A stretch of DNA of 64,000 nt, taken from contig MU058337.1 in assembly GCA_013265495.1 (NCBI GenBank), positions 6,120,716 through 6,184,715 of the forward strand, written 5' to 3'. This stretch comes from Vicugna vicugna (taxonomy: Eukaryota). Under the pieces are notes generated by a model. The model was not told the origin of the DNA, did no database searches, and saw only the letters and a list, made by a program, of their open reading frames with translations. Positions 27,396 through 40,800 of this stretch are shown in pieces. Numbering within the stretch: the first letter of the stretch is position 1; each line of letters begins with the position of its first letter. The position numbers and the translations under genes were made by a program.

Positions 27396-30300
27396 AAAGA
27401 GGGACATCACAACAGATCCCATGGACATTAAAATAATAAAGGAATACTGGGAACAATTCTATGCCTATAAATTTAATAACCTAGATGAAATGGACCAAAA
27501 TATTGAAAGATATAACTGCCAAAACTCATACCAGAAGAAAAAGACAATCTAAGTAGGCCTATATCTATGAAAGAAATTGAATAGTTAATAATCTTCTAAA
27601 ACAGAAAGCATTAGGCCCACATGGCTTCACTGGTGTGTTCTACCAAACATTTAAGAAAAAAGTTACACCAATTCTATACAATCTATTTTACAGGTCAGAG
27701 CAGAGGAAATACTTCCTTGCTTATTCCATGAGGCCAGAATCGACCTAATACTTAAACAGATAAAGATATTACAAGACATTATAGACCATTATCTCTCATG
27801 AACATAGATGAAAAAGTCCTCAACAAAATGCTAGCAAATTGAATCCAACAATGTGTAACAAAAAAAAAAAATTATCCATCACAACCAAGTGGGATTTAAC
27901 CTAGACATTCAAGGCTGGTTCAACATTCAAAAATCAATCAATATAATACATAATATCAAGCAGGGAAAAACCACATGATCATATCAATAGAAGCAGAAAA
28001 AGCATTTGACAAAATCTAACACCCATTCACAATAAAAACTCTCAGTCAACTAGAAATAGAGGGGACTTTCTCAAATTGATTTAAAAAAAAAAAAGACTAC
28101 AAAAATCCCTATAGTTATCATCATATTTACTGATGAAAACCTCTAAACGTTCCCATTAAGATCAGGAACCAGGCAAGGATGTTCCCTCTTACTACTGCTT
28201 TTCAACATCATGCTGGAAGTTCCAGCCAATGCAATAAGACAAAAGAAGGAAAGAGAGAAAGAGAAAGAAGGAAGGGAAGAAAGAAAGAAAAGAAAGAAAA
28301 AGAAAGGAAAGGAAGAAAGAGAAAGGAAGGAAGGAAGGAAGGAAGGAAGGAAGGAAGGAAGGAAGGAAGGGAAGGGAAGGGAAGGGAAGGAAAGGAAAGG
28401 AAAGGAAAGGAAAGGAAAGGAAAGGAAAGAAACGGAAAGGAAAGGAAAGGAAAGGAAAGAGAAAAGAAAAGAAAAGAAAAAGAAAGGAAGGAAGAAAGAA
28501 AGAATATAGATTGGGAAGGAAGATACAAACTATCTTTGTTGACAGATGACATAATCAACTATGTAGAAAATCCAAAAGAATCAATACAATAACAACTACT
28601 CCTGGATCTAATAGCAAGATTGCAGGATACAAGACTAATATAGAAAAATCAACTGTTTTCTTATAAACCAACAAGAGGAATTTGAAATTTAAAACACAAT
28701 ACCATTTACATTAGCATCCCCAAAAAAGAAATACTTAGGGATATAACAAAATACACACAGATCTATATGAGGAAAACTACAAAACTCTGATGAAATCAAA
28801 GAACTACTAAATAAATGGAGAGAGATTCTATCTCCATGAATAGAAAGATTCAACATTGTCAAGATGTCAGTTCTTCCCAACTTAATCTACAAGTTCAATG
28901 CAACCAAAATTCCACCAAGTAATTTTGTGAATATCGACTAACTTGTTATAAAGTTTACATGAGAGGCAAAAAAACCCACAATAGCCAAAACAATATTGAA
29001 GGAAAAGAACAAAGATGGAGTATTACTACTACTTGACATCAAGACTTACCATAAAGCTATAGTAAGCAAGGCAGTGTGGTAATGGCAAAAGAACAGACAA
29101 TCGATCAATGGAATAGAATTGAGGGCCCAGAAATAGATCTCCATAGAGTCAACTGGGCTTTGACAAAAGAGAAAAGGCAAACAACAGAGCAAAGACTGAC
29201 TTTTCAACAAATGGTGCTGAAATAGCTGAACATCCACATGCCAAAAAAAAAAAACTAGACGCAGATCTTACACCCTTGACAAAAATTAGCTCAAAATGGT
29301 ACACAGACCTAAACATAAAACACAAAACCATAAAATTCCTAGAAGATAACAAAAAAGAAAACCTAGATGACCTTGGGTATGGCAATGACTTTTTAAATAA
29401 ACGACACCAAAGGCACAGTCCATGAAAGAATTAATAAGCTAGATTTCATAAAATTAACAACCTCTCTGCAAAAGACAATGTCAAGATAATTAAAAGACAA
29501 GCCACAGAGTGAATGAAAATATATACAAAAGACACATCTGATAAAGAACTATTATCTAAAATATACAAAGAAATCTAAACTCACTAATAAGTAAACAACT
29601 CAATCAAAAAATGAGCCTAAGACCTTAATAGACATCTCACCAAAGTAGATACACAGAAGGCAAATAAGCGTAAGGAAAGATGCTCCACATCATATATCAG
29701 GAAAATGCTAATTAAAACAAGATACCACTCCACATCTATCAGAATGACCAAAATCCAGAACACTGGCAATATCAAATGCTGACAAGGATGTGGAACAACA
29801 AAAACCCTCATTAATTGCTGTTGGGAATGCAAAATGGTACAGCCACTCTGGAAAACAGTTTGGTGATTTGTTATAAAACTAAACATGCTATCACCATATA
29901 ATCCAGCAATCACACTCCCACATCCACATAGAAACCTACACAAAGATGTTTATAACAGCTTTATTCATAACTGCCAAAAACAGAGATGTCCTTCAGTAAG
30001 TGAATGAATAAACTGTAGTAATCAAAAACAATGGAATTATTATTCAGCACTAAAAAGAAATGAGCTATCAAGCTATGAAAAGACACAGAGAAACCTTAAA
30101 GGCATACTACTAAGTGAAAGAGGCCAATCTGTAAAAGCTACATCCTGTGCAATTCCAATTATATGACATCCTGGAAAAGGTAAAACAATGGAGATAGTAG
30201 AAAGACCAGTGGTTGTCAGGGGTTGGAGGGATGGGAAGGGGTGAATAATCAGAGCACAGAGGATTTTTAGGGCAGTGAAAATACACTGTATGATACTATA

Positions 30301-30560
30301 ATACTGGATATATGTCATTATACATTTGCCCAAACCTACATATACAACACTAAGACCTAATGTAAACTACAGTCTTTGGGTAATTATGATATGTCAATGT
30401 ATGTTCAGCACTTGTAACATACGCATCATTCTAATGGTGGATGTTGATAATGGGGAGGCCACACACATGTGGATGCAGGAGGTTTATGAACAATCTCTGC
30501 ACTTTCTTCTCAATTTTGCTGTGAACCTAAAACTCCTCTTTTAAAACAGCTTTTAGAAAA
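27396..30560 (+). mobile_element. L1MC1-like 5'-truncated L1 (ORF2 remnant + 3'UTR)
   Basis: ORF2 homology restarts at GAAAGAGGGACATCACAACAGATCCC. The 3'UTR has CTTTGGGTAATTATGATATGTCAATG and CAATTTTGCTGTGAACCTAAAAC. Confidence 0.8.
28241..28504 (+). repeat. Compound polypurine microsatellite (GAAA/GGAA/GGGAA/GGAAA/GAAAA)
   Basis: 264 nt of purines with a single C at 28433. Confidence 0.97.
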
Positions 30561-31399
30561 AAATAAATTATATTTGGGAACATTTCTTATCAAGAGGAAA
30601 AATTACATGAAACCCTTCGCAAATAGGCTCGTGTAGTTTTGAAACTGTTTTCTTCATGGAGCATCTCAGCTGGATTTCACCACTATAACCTAGGGATCTA
30701 TAATACTTAATTGGAACAGTTTACTGAAGTCACTTTACTATATTTAATTATCAACTCCCTTTTACTACAATATCTAATACTCATTTGGGGAATACATTAT
30801 AGACCTGGAAATTAAACTAATGTATCATTAATTCACAGGTAGACTTGAAAAGCACTAAACAGTTGTTTATAAAATAAGACATTTAAAAACACTATTTTTA
30901 TCAGATTTACCTAGACTTATTCTCCCACATTTGCAATAAACATACTGAATGGATGAATGACTGAAATGGCAATAACAGATTTGTATCTGATGCATTTATC
31001 TGAATTGGAGCCTCTCGCTCTTAGGATAGGCTTCAACTAAGATAAATATATCAGATATAAATTTACTACTGCTATCTTCCTTCTTCAGACAGCCTTCTGT
31101 CTTCCTGAAGATGCCTTCTGGACTCCTCCTTTTGCTACTCCAAATTGGCAGTTGCTGTTTTAACAGCTAAAAAAACGGAGCATCAAGTAGCAAAAGAAGT
31201 TGTGCCACGTAGGGTCAAAGTACCAGCTATTGCTAGAGATACTAGCAAATGAATGCCTGAACAAGCTGAGCAGTGCCGACTCACAGATTAGGAACCAATC
31301 TACTGGACTGGTGCAGGACCTTTGCACATGCTGTCCCATCTGCCTAGCTGACTGCCTAACAGATAGCTGACTCTCATCAGGTTTCACCTTACATTTTAC

Positions 31400-31640
31400 C
31401 CCCTTAGAAAGAATTGCCCTTATCACCATTATTCTCTCTCAGCAACTGGTTTGTTTCCTTCATAACATTTATCATGATACTGATATGTAATTACTTGTTT
31501 GTATGTTTTCTCATTTTATATCTGTGTCTACCACCAGACTATAAATGTCATGAGAGCAGAAATCATGTCTCTCCTGATCACTGTTCTAATTCCAGAGACA
31601 AGCATAGCATCTGGCCCACAACAGGCACTAATAAACAGCC
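31400..31640. mobile_element. L2 3'-end remnant
   Basis: CCACCAGACTATAAATGTCATGAGAGCAGAAATCATGTC...AGCATCTGGCCCACAACAGGCACTAATAAA is L2-tail-like. Confidence 0.6.
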
Positions 31641-34600
31641 AGTCTTCAAAGTAGTAAACCTGACTTTCCTTGGAGGAGGAAAGATTTCATATACCTAGAG
31701 TGGGAAGCAATATGCTACAATGGAAATGATACATCTTGGGAACCACACATAATTAGAATCTCAGCTCCAACTGCTCACCTAACTAAATGATCTCTGACAA
31801 CCTATTTCATATCCTGAAGCCCCAATTTTCTCATCTTAAAATGACAATGATACATCCCTTACATAGTCACTCTGGTTCTCTAGTATACTGTAGATATTCG
31901 TTAAGTGACAGTTACCAGCACTTCTTAGAATGATCATATCTTTCTACCCACTAAGAGGTCTTAAATGAGTGAGTTTGTAACAGAAAAAAGTCATCAACAC
32001 TGCAATGTCAAAAATACTATATTTATAAAGGTAAGCTGTATTTTCAAATCTTTTGTATAATGTATGCTTTCTTTCAATAAGACTATAGAACGTTCAAACC
32101 TTAAATAGATGTTTAGAGAGGAATAAATCCATGATTAGATATTTTTTTCATACCATCAGGTACTAATTACATTGAAATACATAATGCTCTTTTTCAAACC
32201 CTGCTGTTAAAATTCACCAGAAATTTTTAAATACATAAAAACAGAAAATATAAACATAATATTTTACTGTGTTTTGTTCTTAAATTAAAAATTTAGTAAC
32301 AGTAAAAGGATAAAAGTCATACTAGCAAAAACTGAGGTCTTGGGGACACCATTTTCCATTTCCAGAAGGAAAATTTTCACAAGTCGCTTGCCACAGATTA
32401 AAAGTTGGAATGTTTTTATTAAAGTTAAATAGCAAGTACACAAAAATACATATGAATAAAATAATTCACACATAAAGATACTGACATAAATCCTTTTTTT
32501 CCTGTTCGAATGTAATTTTTGCCTTGCTGCTGAATAATCACAGCCCTTCCTTACTGGAATGATTGGTTTACCTTTAACTCCACAGGGCTTAAACTATCAG
32601 ACTTTTAAGAAGCATTGATGGGTTTTGACGATTTAACCTGCTGAGCTCACAGCACCCAAGGGAGGGTCTTGGTTGCAAGTTTTATTTCTGATGCAGCTGA
32701 CCACTAATTCTGACTCCATAGATAATGGATTTCCGTAACAGCCACCCACAGGTTAACACTTTGAGTAGTACCCATAATATTGCTTTAATTAAGTTAATAC
32801 ATAAAGGTCACAGTTTGGTAGAAAGTTATATTAAATTTGGCAGTGCTTATAATAACAAAAAAAGAAACTATGTATGTTCATCTGTACAGTAACTCTACAA
32901 GTTTGTCTATAGATACAGTCCAGTTTGCTCATGGATTTATACTGCATTTCAATTCATTTTCTAAAAGGAAGTCAATTTATTAGTTCCATTTCCCCCAAAA
33001 TTAACCATGCTGGGCACAGAATGGGTCCACCTGGCACAAAAAGACCACCCACTAGAGCAAAGGAGATTTCTACCAACACCAAGCCCACATCCTGATTTTG
33101 GAGCATTCTGATGGTGGAAAAGATCAATGCTTTGATTTGTCTGGTGTCTAATGATTAGTTTCATGTGTTAAATACTAATGCATTTCTCAAATGAAATTAT
33201 TTTTCATCTTGAAAAATAGATACACAAAATTTGTTTTTGAATCCAAATCTTTATATAGTAGAAAATAAGCCAAAGAGTATTTACAACAAATACACAAAAA
33301 GGCAAAGCAAACAAATTTTTAAATAAACCTGAAATTAAAGGTTCACTCTAAAGTGTTTTTTAAAAAAATACAAAATTGTATTTTAATACACAAATCACAA
33401 AGTCAACAGTGTTGATACATTCTTCTATTTGTATTATGTAGTATCAGGTAATTTGAGGTTATTTTACTGAAAAGCAAAGAATGATAGCTGAATTTATACA
33501 TACTGAATTCAGCAATAATTGTATTTTTTAAATACACAACCTGACAGGCACTATGGTAGATAATAATGAATCAGCATGGGAGCCATTTAATATACTTCTT
33601 GATTAACTCATTGCCTGTCCAGTTCGCACAGACACGCTCACATGTCATAATCGTCATAATTCCCATCATCTCCACTGCTAACACTCAAGTTCCTTGATTA
33701 GTGCACAACTCCCAGACGAGCCATTGCTAATGCTAAATAATTCTCTTCAGCCTCCTGCTACTATTCTGCAGGATCTCCAATTAAATATAATGTCCCTGAT
33801 GAGCCATATTAATGTGAACAAATTCCTACCAGGAATCCTATCCCATTCCATTTTACCCAAAACTGTAGAGAAAGTAATTTAGTCAAACCAAAGACAATCA
33901 AAACGTTTTAAATTGATACAGTGTAATGTTTCTGAAAAATGTTTTTTCCAAAGACAATAAAAGCAAAATGTCTAACATCTTAAATGCTTTCTTCTCCTGA
34001 TTAATTTGTTCTTCACTGAAACTATAGTGTTTTAAATATGCATAGGTAGATATATCATATTCTTAATCCTAAAAGTTTACTGAAAGCTAAGTTTTATGAG
34101 AAAAGTGAGCAAGTTTTAAAGCAAGAATGCCATTTAAAAATCCTTTAATTACCCAATTACCAGAACTCCAATGTCTATAATTACATTAATGAAACCAATT
34201 TCTTCCTTCCCATTAAATGTAGTATTATAGTCGTGGTCAGAGGCTTTGCCATGGAACTTTATGTTGCTGCTAAGAAAACTTCATCTTAACAATGACAACT
34301 TTAAGTATTTTTTGCAAGAATGAATTAATGATCCTACAGATTTTCTACTGCAGTCTAAAAGACTAGGAAGAGTTCTAACCTAATTAAGAACAACTGGGAA
34401 ACAGAGACCAATGATGACCATCACCTTAAAATATTCTGTACTAGTAAAAGCAATTTAAGAAAATGTAATTTAAATATACCATCTCAACTACACACATATA
34501 TATAATAAAGGTCACCTGATTTGTCAGTTATCACCCCCCAAAAGTTTTACAAACCTGATTCTAGTCATTTATTCCTATTTGAGGATTAATAATTACATTA

Positions 34601-37134
34601 GCTGTAAATAAGTCCATTAACAGATTTTGTAAAATAATTTTTTAAAAATTAAGAATTTTAACTCCTTTCCAAATAGAGAGAGGTTGAAAAATATCCTGAA
34701 ATCATGGAAATGTAAAAAAGTAAATGCTTGCAGTTTTTACCCTTCAACTCTATGTATAGCTAGGATAAAACTGAAGATATTCTAATAAAGCTATAAATAG
34801 ATAAATATAAAGATATAAAATAAAAATAAAAATTTTAAAGATACAAAATAAAGATATTCTAACAACTCCATGAAATTTTTATAAGGTTTTCCCTAAGGTC
34901 TTTTATACTTTAGCCTACATTAATGTATTCCATCTCCATTTACCTGATCATTACCCTCCAGTTTGTCCAGCTGGAACCAACATACACTAATTACATAGAC
35001 ATCACGAGGTCCTATTTGTCCTCAATACCTCCCCAGACAGCAGGGAAATATTATTAAGGGTAGGCATACTAAAGGATGATTCTCCCCATCTTACTGCCAA
35101 TCATCCCAGAGTGCTTTCACAGGAAACCCCACTCAATCTCATTACTGAATCCTAAGAGTAAGACTACAATACTCACCAGGAATCATACTTTAAACAGCAG
35201 GCTGCCTGGCCAAGATGTGAGTCACAATGACTACTTTCCTCATCTTAGGTGTTAGTGTTAATGCAGTAAATATCAGGTATTTCTCATTTAAATCTAATAT
35301 TACTGTACACAGACAAAGCAACAAAATATTGATAAGTTAGATTTTAGGAGTCTAGATAGGAAATACAGTCAAAGGCTGAAGTACAGAATCATTTAATTCC
35401 TTTTTTTTTCTAAATCAAAACCCTAGCTTTAGTGGTCTGAAACAAATATAACAATATTTTGCTATTTCTTATGAAAAACACTAGTCTTTTTACTTAAAAA
35501 CACACATATGTACATCAAGTAAGTTACTGTAAAAGTAAATAAAGTTCTCAAACATGCATTTTGAAAAGTACAAATACAACAATCTCATAATTCTCAAATT
35601 CTGTTCCTACTATTCACCAAACTAATGAAGACCCATCTTCCCAGTTAAAAAGTCCTAGTCATGAAAACCATCAAATATTTCTCATTCCTCATATTTCTTA
35701 ACTTCTCTAGGACTATCCAAATTCACAGTACATTGGTGGCATACAACCCTAGAATCCACCTCTCCTACCTTCTAAATCAATATATTATAAGTTCCTCTTA
35801 AACCAATTAAGAAAATCTCCCACATCAGTCCTCTGCCTAAAATCTAATGAATTTATTCCAGAGACCTGTCTCTTCAAGCTCCAAAATTTTATGGAATGGT
35901 CCAAATTATTCTTACTTTATTAGATATTAGAAGACATTTTAACATCTTTTAATATAGTCCCCTCTTCAATTTTACTCAGAATTTTCCAAGTCATTCTTGC
36001 ATATTTATTCCTTCGTCAATTCCACCCAAAATTACACTGTTATACTTATTATGATTTAATAGAAAATGTAGATTAATTTAGACATAACTAGTATTTACAA
36101 TATTATTTCCCTATATAACAAGTCCTCATATAAATCCTACAAATTCATTTTAAATTCATATCATAAAAAGTGTTTTCTTTCCACTACCTCCATGAAGTTA
36201 AATTTTTTTTTAAGATTTATTTTCTACCTTATTGATATTTGGGAAAGTTACAGATTTCTTTATATTTATTTTTTACCTATCATAGACTTTTCATATTGTT
36301 TCTAATGAGTTACTCGGTTGCCTGTATAACTAGAAACTCAACACAATCCTATTATTTCTGCCTTTTCTGTCAACCATTTCATAACTCTTACCCAACTGCA
36401 TTATCAAGCACTTCAAGAATGCTATTACATACTAGTGATAGTAAATGTATCAGTCTCCATCCTGACTTTCATGAGAATGCTTCCTACGAGGTACATCCTT
36501 TTTATTACAGGAAGGCAGTATTCATCTAATCCTGTTTTACTAAGAATTTTATAAGGAGAAGACAGTGAATTTCTTTTAAATGACATTTAGGCTTCTAACA
36601 AGATGATCATATAGTTTTCTTCCAGTAACCTATATACGCCATTAAATTCATAATGTCTTATACTGAACCACATTGAAATGTCATGAATACATTCTGCATG
36701 GCTGCAGCATATTATTTAAATAAATTTTATTTTATTTCCTGTTACTTAAGATTCTTCTATCAATATATAACAGCCATTATAATTTTTGCTTACTGTCTTT
36801 GTGCAGGTTTTGATTTCTGAATTATTATGCTGGCTTCAAGAAAGAAATAAAATCTATTTTTCTTTCTCTAAGTCTAGAGCAGTTTAAATAGTGTCAAAAT
36901 TTCTTGCTGCCTAAAAATTGCAAAGAATTCTTGTGCGAATCTCTAGGCCTGGACACTCTACTCCATTCTTTACATAATAACTTAAGAGTCCCTTAGTCAA
37001 TGATTTCTTAACTTATTCAGGCTCTTTCATGCGCAGAGTTGCAGGCCTACACATACTTAATTGTCACCAATTTTGTAAACTGAGCAAAACAAATAACTAC
37101 TTAACATTTTTTAAAGCTTTTAAAAGCATGTTAA

Positions 37135-38965
37135 AGCCCACTTTCAATAATAGATAAAACAAACAGAATACCTGCCAGGAAACTGGTGACTTAAATATCC
37201 CTATAAACCAACAGTCCTAAAAGACATCCATAAAACACTCCACCCAACAACAGCAAATAGACATTCTTCTTAAGTCCACAGGGAACATTCTTCAGGATAG
37301 ATCACACATTAGTCCATAAAACAAACAAAAAGAAATGTAAAAGGATAGAAATAATGGAAAACATGTTCTCTGACCAAAACATGTTCTCTGACCAAAATAG
37401 AAGGAATTTAGAAATCAGTAATAGAAACTTGGAGAATTCATAAATATGTGGAATTAAACAACATGCTTCTAAATAACAAGTCAGTAAAGAAGAAATCACA
37501 TGGGAAGCCAGAAAATACTTTCAGAAATGAAAATAAAAATATAACATGCCAAAACATGGGATGCAGCTATAACAGAGAAAAATGTAGAGCTAAACACTTT
37601 AAGTAAAAAGAATGCAAATCAATAACCTAATCTTACACCTTAAGAAATTAATTTTTAAAAGAGCAAACTAAACCCAGAACAAACAAGCAGAATATAAAGA
37701 CTAGAATAAATATAAATGAAGTAGAGAATATAAAAAGAGAATAATCAATAAGACCAAAAGTTGATTTTTTGAAAAGGTCAATGAAACTGAAAACTTTTAG
37801 CTAAAATGACCAAGAAAAACAAGTAAAAACTCAAAAACTAAAACCAGGAATGAAAGAGATATCACTACTGCCATTACAGAAATAAAACTGCTAAGGAAAT
37901 ACTATAAACAAGCATAGAACAATAAACTAGATAACTTAAGATGAAATGGACAAATTCCTAGAAATACACACACTATAGACAGTAACTCAAGAACAGAAAA
38001 TCTGATTAAAGCTATAATAAGAATTAATAATCAAAAAACTACCCACAGAGAAAAGCCCAGATCCAGACGGCTTCACTGGTGAATGCTACTAAACATTTAA
38101 GGAATAATTAATACCAATTCTTCACAAACTCTTTCAAAACAATAGAAGATGAGGGAAGATTTCCCAACTTACAGTATGAGCCCAGGATCACTTTGAAACC
38201 AAAAACAAAGACATCAGATGAAAAGAAAACTACAGACCAATATTTCTTATAAATATGGATGAAAAATTATGTACAAACACCTGCAAACTGAATCCAGCAA
38301 CATAACAAAGGGCTAAATACCATGACCAAGTGTGACTTATCTCAGGAACAGCAAGGGACCTCATCAACCTAATAATCGGAATTTTTTTTTTAAATTCCAG
38401 AGCCTAAACCAAGCTTAATTATGGAATACTAAATATTTTCCCCCTAAATTGAGGAACAAAAAAGGATGCCTACTCTCACCACTTCTATTCAATATCGTTC
38501 TGAAAGTTAAAGCCTGGGAAATTAGGCAAGAATATGAAATAAAAAGCATCCAGATAGAAAAGAAGTAAAACTGTACTTAATACATGACATGATCTTCTAG
38601 ACAGAATGCCAAGGAATTTATTTTTAAAAACTATTAGAACTAATAAACAAGTTCAGCAGGGTTGTGGGACACAAAAATCACTCTACAAAAATCAACTGTA
38701 GTTCTACGCACCTGCATCTAACAATAAAAATTAAAATTAAGAAATTACAATTCTAACAGCATCAAAACTACTACTACTTAGGAATATAACAAAGTAAGTG
38801 CAAAACTTCTACTCTGAGAACTACAAAACGTGTTGAACTACTTACGTAGAACATCAAATGGAGTATCTATGCTTATGTACAGGAGGACTTAAAAATGTTG
38901 AGATACAGATACTTTTCAAATCGAACTACAGATACAACACAATCCCTATCAAAATCCCAGCAGGA
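37135..38965 (+). mobile_element. Old L1 ORF2 remnant
   Basis: Decayed EN/RT-region homology, e.g. GAAAAGCCCAGATCCAGACGGCTTCACTGGTGAAT. Confidence 0.8.
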
Positions 38966-40337
38966 TACAGTTTTCTACTAGGACTGCCTTCCCCTCATAA
39001 ACGATTCTCCACAAATCTTTCCCAGGAATAATAAAAGCCTGAAGAATGACACAAAAAAAGATAATTCATGACTTGATAAGAGGCTTAATTCCTATTTTGC
39101 TCTCTCTTGCCCTGACCATTTCCCACTGGAGTACTCTGCACTGCTTGTTGACTCTGGCCGGCCTCACCCTCTGGATGCAGTGGCACTAATCTCATCAATG
39201 CATGTGAACTGTTTTCCTGGGTAAAGTCTGACTTTCAGACTGCTCTTAATCAGTCTTTCTTCTCAAAGAAAGCGAGAACCTCCTCAACAGAGAAGAAGAT
39301 ATCATACTATTTTAAAACAATCTAACAATAAACAAACAAGACAGATAACCTGCAAACCCTCCCGAGAAGCACCTAAAATCCTAGATTACATATAACAAAC
39401 TTCCTCTGAATGAACAATTTGGCTTACAAGCAACTACTAGTAATCCCTAAGGATCAAAAACAAAGAGGAAGCCAAAAGCCAGACAGTATCCACTAGAGCT
39501 CATGCCACCATTCTTGGGGATCTGAATAACCAGAGAACTGAGTTTTTACTCTCAGAGAAAGGAACTATGTATGAGCTTAAGATCAGAAGGAAAACTCCCT
39601 ACATAAGGCCTCGCTGCTCAAAGATCACGTCCTCAGTGAAGGGGTGGGGAGGGAGCACTAATCTACTAAGCAGGGAGAAGACAAATACTTATTATCAGTT
39701 GTGGTTTAATATAAAGGAAGAAGTCTCCTCCGGAAATGAGAAATCATGGGCCTCTTTAACAGAGGGAAGGAGGGGTGTGTTTGTGTGTATGTGTGTAGTT
39801 TCATCTTGTTTTCTCCTCCATCCTCAAAATTCAACAACCATCATGCTACTAATACAAAAATTAGCCCCAGATCAGAGATACCCGGGACGGCCTGGTAGCA
39901 TATGGCAAATACTCAACAGAGCTAAATCTACTACCCAAACCATGCAGGGTTCAACAATAAGATACCAAATATGAGGTCATAAGCCAAAAGCTACCAACAG
40001 GAAGAAACAATCTATTGCCAGGAAGAAGCAGAAATAGAAATAAATACATAGAAACTTGAAGTAATATAACAAAATGATAGAACCTTTAATATAAGTATGC
40101 TGAAGATAAGACATGAAAGGACTCAAATACATAAGAAACAAAACAAAACACAGGCAGATTCAAAAAGGAGGAGTAGACCCAACAGATTCCTCAACAGACA
40201 GCAAAGATGACAAACACAACCAAAGTAATTATTGCGTCAGGCAATTTTCATCGGTGAATGCAAAAATATTAAATAAGAGGTTATGGTAGGACAAAATATT
40301 CATGTGGATTCAAAGATTTACCCCTCCAAAATTTTTT

Positions 40338-40800
40338 TAAATGAGGAATATTACTCATCTATAAAAGAGAATGAAATAATGCCATTTGCAGTAACATGGA
40401 CGGACCTAGAGATAATCATAGTAAAGTAAAGTAACTCAAAGACATATGATACCACTTTTATATGGAATCTAAAAAAGTGAGACAAATGCACTTACAGAAC
40501 AGAAACAGACTCACAGACAGAGAAAACTTATGGTGACCAAAGGGAAAAGGGGGAAGAGGTGGGGGTAGGAAGGATGAATTAGGAGTTTGGGATCAACAGA
40601 TACACACTATGATATATAAAATATACAACAAAGACCTACTGCATAGCACAGAGAACTACAGCTAATATCTTGTAATAATCTATAATGGAAAATAATCTGA
40701 AAGAGAATATGAATATATATATTATATATATAACTGAATCACTGTGCTGTACACCTGAAACTAACACTTTGTAAATCTATTATATTTAAATTTAAAAAGA
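40338..40800 (+). mobile_element. L1 3' end fragment
   Basis: GAAATAATGCCATTTGCAGTAACATGGACGGACCTAGAG...GCTGTACACCTGAAACTAACAC, similar to 48357-48910. Confidence 0.85.

Noticed and set aside
28179..28592. Lys/Arg/Glu-rich and Phe/Ser/Leu-rich ORFs on both strands
   Set aside because: They are translations of the polypurine microsatellite, which has no stop codons.
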